In this document: positions 55,535-59,653 of the stretch, piece by piece
How the letters are laid out: each line of letters begins with the position of its first letter
Numbering within the stretch: the stretch's first letter is position 1
From: Candidatus Beckwithbacteria bacterium CG10_big_fil_rev_8_21_14_0_10_34_10
Lineage (GTDB): Bacteria > Patescibacteriota > Microgenomatia > UBA1400
Length of the DNA: 59,653 nt
Reading direction: 5' to 3'
Assembly (NCBI GenBank): GCA_002773945.1
Contig: PEZT01000012.1
Coordinates: 1 to 59,653 of the forward strand
The notes under the pieces: model-generated
What the model saw: the letters and a program-made list of their open reading frames with translations, nothing else
Told to the model about the DNA's origin: nothing
The model's database searches: none
Made by a program: the position numbers and the translations under genes

Positions 55535-56617
55535 TTAAGAAGTACTTTTAAAGATTTTTGGTTTAAACCAGTCAGGTGGTGGTTGATCGCCTTTAACAGA
55601 AGTTTTTTTATCTGAAATTGGTTTTTGAGTTAAGCTAATAGGTTCAGGGATTGTTGTTGGTTGACTTTGTTCTATAGGTGGAATTTGATTTATAGTCAGA
55701 TTTTTACCCTGGAATGGTGGTGGTGGGGTTAAGGTTTTAACCTGGGGAATATTGGGTTGAGGTATCGGCTGTGGTATAGGCTGAGGTATAGTCTGATATA
55801 AAGGGTTAGGCCTAGGGATACTAAGAGATGGGATAAAAGTTTTAGTTGCTGCTGGGCTTAAAGAAGCAATTTTCGGAACATGACCCTTTTTAGCCCCATT
55901 TTTTAAAAGCCAGGCAGCGGCTTCAAAACTAGTGGCTGAAGTAGTTAAAGATTGGAAATTGGAGGTATTAGCTTCAATTCCAGCTAGTAAATTAGTGGCC
56001 GTATCTTGGTCAATTGGGAGATTTAATTTTTTTATTAAGGTAACAATAATTTCTGAACAAGAACTGGCTAGGGGGTATAAAAGGTTAATTTGGGCAAATC
56101 GAGTATTGGTCTTTTTATAGTCAATATTAATTTTATTGGCTTTTTCAAAAACTTGTTTTTCCTTTTCATATAGGGGATTTAAATCTTCTAGTTTATTAGC
56201 GCCGACAACAATTAAAAGATCAGCCCCACTGCCAGAATAAGAATAGTTGATTTTTTGAGTGTCTAAGGGGGGGTAGCCGATTCTAGGCTCAACCACTAAA
56301 TTGAATTTATTTTCTTCAATATTATAGGAAACCTTTTCAATGGAGTCTTTTAAATATTCAAAAGAAATAATTAAATTTCGGTTACCAATCCTGTCAGTTA
56401 TTTTATTAACTCCAAAAAGGCGGTTAAAACCAACTGTTATTGGTGAGGGAGAAGCAATATTAACGGCCTTTTTTTGCTTTTCTAAAGTCAAATACAAAGC
56501 CAGAGCCCCAGCAATATGATCAAGGTTGGGGTTATTAGGAGTGAGAATTAAAATCTGGTTAGCTTTATCTAAAGCTTCTTGAACTGAATTAAAATCCAGT
56601 TGATTTTCAGTGTTCAT
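55535..56617 (-). CDS. DHH-family (NrnA-like) protein with degenerate catalytic motifs and a Pro-rich tail
   Basis: Overall DHH layout (ILILTPNNPNLDHIAG, INIDY, ASSCSE, ATNLLAGI) but no DHH triad. Confidence 0.7.
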   Translation of the reverse strand: MNTENQLDFNSVQEALDKANQILILTPNNPNLDHIAGALALYLTLEKQKKAVNIASPSPITVGFNRLFGVNKITDRIGNRNLIISFEYLKDSIEKVSYNIEENKFNLVVEPRIGYPPLDTQKINYSYSGSGADLLIVVGANKLEDLNPLYEKEKQVFEKANKINIDYKKTNTRFAQINLLYPLASSCSEIIVTLIKKLNLPIDQDTATNLLAGIEANTSNFQSLTTSATSFEAAAWLLKNGAKKGHVPKIASLSPAATKTFIPSLSIPRPNPLYQTIPQPIPQPIPQPNIPQVKTLTPPPPFQGKNLTINQIPPIEQSQPTTIPEPISLTQKPISDKKTSVKGDQPPPDWFKPKIFKSTS

Positions 56618-56622
56618 AAATG

Positions 56623-58143
56623 CTAAATTTTATCACTATAGGATATTATAGCATCACCAATATTAAAGTCAAGATCAGGGGAAAGGACAATTCCGGCATT
56701 GTTACCGGCCTTGATTTCAGTTACTTCTTCTTTTTCTTTTTGAAGGGATTTGACTCTTGAGTTGGCGATAATTTCATTTTTTCTTTTAAGGTGGATTTTA
56801 TCACCTTTAGAGATTTTGCCTTTTTTAATTTTTGTCCCAGCAATATGACTACCTTTAATAGTAAATTCAGCAATAATTTCTCCCTCAGCTAAGATTTCTT
56901 CGTCAATAGTTGGTTCCATGATTTTCAAGACTTTTTTTTCTAATTCTTCTAGGAGTTTATAGATTATCTGATAATTTTTTATTTCTACTCCTTCAGTTTG
57001 AGCCAGTTTTAAACTTTGTTTTGGAGTTTTAACATTAAAACCAATGATCTCTGCCTTACAGGAGAGAGCTAGTAAAATATCTGATTCAGTGATGTTGCCG
57101 ACTTGAGCCTCAACTATTTCTATTTCATCTGGCAGGCTGGCCTTAATGGCTTCTAAAGTGCCTAAGGTATCAGCTTTTAAAACCAATTTAATTTTTTCCT
57201 CTTTTTTTTCTAAAACCTCTTTTTCTTCTGGTTCTTCCTCTTCTTTTTTAGTTTTACCAGCCTTGGTTTTCAGCTTTGTTTTAGAATGAGGGATGATTGG
57301 GTCTTCTTTTTGAATTGGATCTTTTGGAGTAATCTCATTAGTTTTATTAACAATTGCTCCTACTGGTGGAGGGGTTTTAAAACCCAGCACTTCAACTGGT
57401 TGAGAAGGGTAAGCTTTTTTAATTTCTTTGCCCTGGTCATTTTTTAAAGCCTTAACTTTTACCTTACAGTTTTCGGCTATTAGGTTGTCACCTACCTTTA
57501 AAAATCCATTTTTTACTAGTAAAACTGCTACAGGGCCTTTTTTAGTGTCCAACCGGGACTCAATTACTAAAGCTTCAAAGTTTTTTTTAGGATCAGTGGT
57601 AAGTTCTTCCATTTGGGCCATTAAAAGGATCATTTCTAAAAGTTCTTTTAAGCCCTTTTTTTGTTTAGCTGATATTTCCAAACAAACTATTTTACCGCCA
57701 TACTCTTCAATTAAAACTTCTTGTTCAGCTAGTTGGCTTTTAACCATATCACAGGAAGCTTCGGGTAAATCAATCTTATTTATGGCGACTAAAAAGGGGA
57801 CTTTGGCTTTTTGGATGTGTTTTAAAGATTCTTTGGTTTGGGGTTTAACGCCGTCATTAGCAGCCACTACTAGAATTGCTAGGTCAGTGGCTTTAGCGCC
57901 TCTGGATCTCATTTTGGCAAAAGCTACATGGCCAGGAGTATCAATAAAAGTGATTTTCTTTCCTTGATATTTTAATTGATAAGCATCAATATGTTGAGTA
58001 ATGCCGCCATGTTCTTTTTTAGTTAAATCAGTTTGTTTTAGGGCCGAAAGAAGGGTAGTTTTACCATGGTCAACATGACCCATGATGGTGACTACTGGGG
58101 GCCGGGTGAATTTTTGTGATTTTGATTTCTTTTTTAAAGGCAT
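56623..58143 (-). CDS. infB: Translation initiation factor IF-2, minimal form without the N-terminal domain
   Basis: RPPVVTIMGHVDHGKT, GGITQHI, DTPGH, NKID, IIYKLLEE. Confidence 0.96.
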   Translation of the reverse strand: MPLKKKSKSQKFTRPPVVTIMGHVDHGKTTLLSALKQTDLTKKEHGGITQHIDAYQLKYQGKKITFIDTPGHVAFAKMRSRGAKATDLAILVVAANDGVKPQTKESLKHIQKAKVPFLVAINKIDLPEASCDMVKSQLAEQEVLIEEYGGKIVCLEISAKQKKGLKELLEMILLMAQMEELTTDPKKNFEALVIESRLDTKKGPVAVLLVKNGFLKVGDNLIAENCKVKVKALKNDQGKEIKKAYPSQPVEVLGFKTPPPVGAIVNKTNEITPKDPIQKEDPIIPHSKTKLKTKAGKTKKEEEEPEEKEVLEKKEEKIKLVLKADTLGTLEAIKASLPDEIEIVEAQVGNITESDILLALSCKAEIIGFNVKTPKQSLKLAQTEGVEIKNYQIIYKLLEELEKKVLKIMEPTIDEEILAEGEIIAEFTIKGSHIAGTKIKKGKISKGDKIHLKRKNEIIANSRVKSLQKEKEEVTEIKAGNNAGIVLSPDLDFNIGDAIISYSDKI

Positions 58144-58342
58144 GGTTAAAAGCTTTCTTGGCTATGGCTTTATTTAAACAACTAGATTTAATTTTGCCCT
58201 TTTCCTGGCAAAGATAAGTGCCCCTACCAGTGATTTTTCTCTGGGGATCAAGAGTGAGTTTTTTTCCCTCCCCTAGAGCAATTCTTACTAAATCTTTTTT
58301 TTCTTTTATGGCTTGACAGCCAAGGCAGGTCCGTTTAGGCAT
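58070..58342 (-). CDS. ylxR: YlxR/RnpM family RNA-binding protein
   Basis: PKRTCLGC, LVRI, GRGTYLC; located between nusA and infB. Confidence 0.88.
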   Translation of the reverse strand: MPKRTCLGCQAIKEKKDLVRIALGEGKKLTLDPQRKITGRGTYLCQEKGKIKSSCLNKAIAKKAFNHAFKKEIKITKIHPAPSSHHHGSC

Positions 58343-59507
58343 TTTTTTTGGTTTTGCCTGTTTTTTCCTTTAATTCTTTCTTTTTAGTTTCTTCTTTAGG
58401 TTTAGCTTCTTTTACTTTTATTACTTTAGTTTTAGGGGTTTTTTGGGGTTTAGTTTCTTTTTGCTCATTTTCTTTTTTGGTTTTTTTTTCCTTTTTAGTC
58501 TTGGCTTTTTTTTCAGGCTTGGATTTTTTCTTTTTATCTTCTAAGCCTTTAATATCAATTTTATAGCCGGTTAGTCTAGCCGCTAACCTAACATTTTGGC
58601 CGTCTCGGCCAATGGCCAGCGAAAGCTGTTCTTCTGGGGCGGTGACAACGGCCTCTTTTTTGGCTTCATTTATTTCTACTTTTAAGCTTTCGGCTGGAGC
58701 TAAGGAAGCGGTAATAAACTTTACTGGGTCATCTGAGTATTGGATAATATCAATTTTTTCGCCTTCCAATTCATCAATGACTGATTGAACCCTGACTCCT
58801 TTTTGACCGACACAGGAACCAACCGGATCTACTCCGGCTTGAGTGGAAATAACCGCTATTTTAACCCGGTTGCCTGGTTCCCGGGCAATTTTTTTAATTT
58901 CTACCGCCCCGGAATTTACTTCAGGAACCTCTCTTTTAAAAAGCAGGCTGACTAGCTCTGGAGCGGAGCGGGAAACAATAATTTGTTCACCCCTCATGGT
59001 TTCTCTAATATCACTAATGTAAAAAGTTAATCTTTTGTTTAAGCGGTAATTTTCTGCTTGGACTTGCTCCTGGGGAGGCATTCGGCCTTGACCCCGGCCA
59101 ATATCACAAACAACGTCTTTACCGTCAAACCTTAAAATCATGCCTGAGACTAATTGGTTGATCCGGTCTTTATATTCACCTAAAATAGCACTTTTTTCTT
59201 CTTCTCTGATTTTTTGTAAAATTACTTGTTTGGCTGTTTGAGCGGCAATCCTGCCAAAACCTGGGGGAGTAACTTCTTTTTTCTTTTTCTTTTCAATTAA
59301 AAAGACTTTAGCGGCCCCATTATCATGGTTAATTTCAACTTCATAGGTATCTTCTTCATCAATCCCAAAATCTTTCCTATAAGCGGCTAAAATAGCAGAT
59401 TTAATTGTTTCTAGAACTGACTGGGGGGTAATCCCCCTTTCAGTACAAATTTGATTTAAAGCGCTGGCAAATTCGGTTCTGGCAGTTAATAATCCTGTTA
59501 CAGCCAT
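58335..59507 (-). CDS. nusA: Transcription termination factor NusA with a Lys-rich tail
   Basis: FGRIAAQTAKQVI, FKREVPEV, AREPGNRVK, LAIGRDGQNVRLAARLTG. Confidence 0.97.
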   Translation of the reverse strand: MAVTGLLTARTEFASALNQICTERGITPQSVLETIKSAILAAYRKDFGIDEEDTYEVEINHDNGAAKVFLIEKKKKKEVTPPGFGRIAAQTAKQVILQKIREEEKSAILGEYKDRINQLVSGMILRFDGKDVVCDIGRGQGRMPPQEQVQAENYRLNKRLTFYISDIRETMRGEQIIVSRSAPELVSLLFKREVPEVNSGAVEIKKIAREPGNRVKIAVISTQAGVDPVGSCVGQKGVRVQSVIDELEGEKIDIIQYSDDPVKFITASLAPAESLKVEINEAKKEAVVTAPEEQLSLAIGRDGQNVRLAARLTGYKIDIKGLEDKKKKSKPEKKAKTKKEKKTKKENEQKETKPQKTPKTKVIKVKEAKPKEETKKKELKEKTGKTKKNA

Positions 59508-59515
59508 ATTTATTT

Positions 59516-59538
59516 AAAAAGGTGGGCCAACCCACCTT
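59516..59538 (-). terminator. Terminator-like hairpin immediately upstream of nusA
   Basis: Minus strand AAGGUGGG-UUGG-CCCACCUU followed by UUU; ends 8 nt before the ATG. Confidence 0.65.
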
Positions 59539-59653
59539 AATCTCCAAAAAACTTAACAACTTATATTTATTTTATTAAAAAACAGTGGGAAAGTCAATTA
59601 CTTGTACGAGTCACACACATATTGGACTCTATTTGGTTGTAAATTAAGTATTG

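Overview
Low-GC, gene-dense, standard-code chromosome segment whose gene content looks like a Patescibacteria (CPR), probably Microgenomates-group, bacterium. The taxonomy is an inference from the short HrcA/IF2, the zinc-finger-less DnaJ, the pilNO-plus-surface-protein block and the split ribosomal operons. Contents in order: purB-purA; CIRCE-groES-groEL; an M23 peptidase; an FMN riboswitch in front of an EamA (RibN-like) transporter; tRNA-Cys; a polyprenol-linked glycosylation block (UbiA-family, MraY/WecA-family, GT-C, GT2); tatD-metG; rmuC-HD-helicase/nuclease; two FemABX enzymes; pcrA; an LCP/GT-C/GT-C/PMT operon converging on a pilN-pilO-led operon of Pro/Ser/Thr- and Cys-rich surface proteins; rpsT; murJ-lepA; CIRCE-hrcA-grpE-dnaK-dnaJ; a nonsense-interrupted gene; rpoBC-rpsL-rpsG; and, on the minus strand, nusA-ylxR-infB-DHH-rpsO-pnp. 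I saw no CRISPR array, transposase, integrase or rRNA. The most striking unexplained signals are these. (1) Four of five convergent gene junctions have identical TA(A/G)-N-TTA geometry with no terminator. (2) A putative O-mannosylation plus non-canonical LPxTG-like anchoring system. (3) An FMN riboswitch with a collapsed P5 arm. (4) Many -10 hexamers 6-7 nt before start codons, including two 23-24 bp bidirectional promoters and a possibly leaderless tRNA. (5) An RNA polymerase with natural substitutions in the rifampicin pocket, bridge helix and trigger loop. All family assignments come from motif recognition by eye; no database searches were run.
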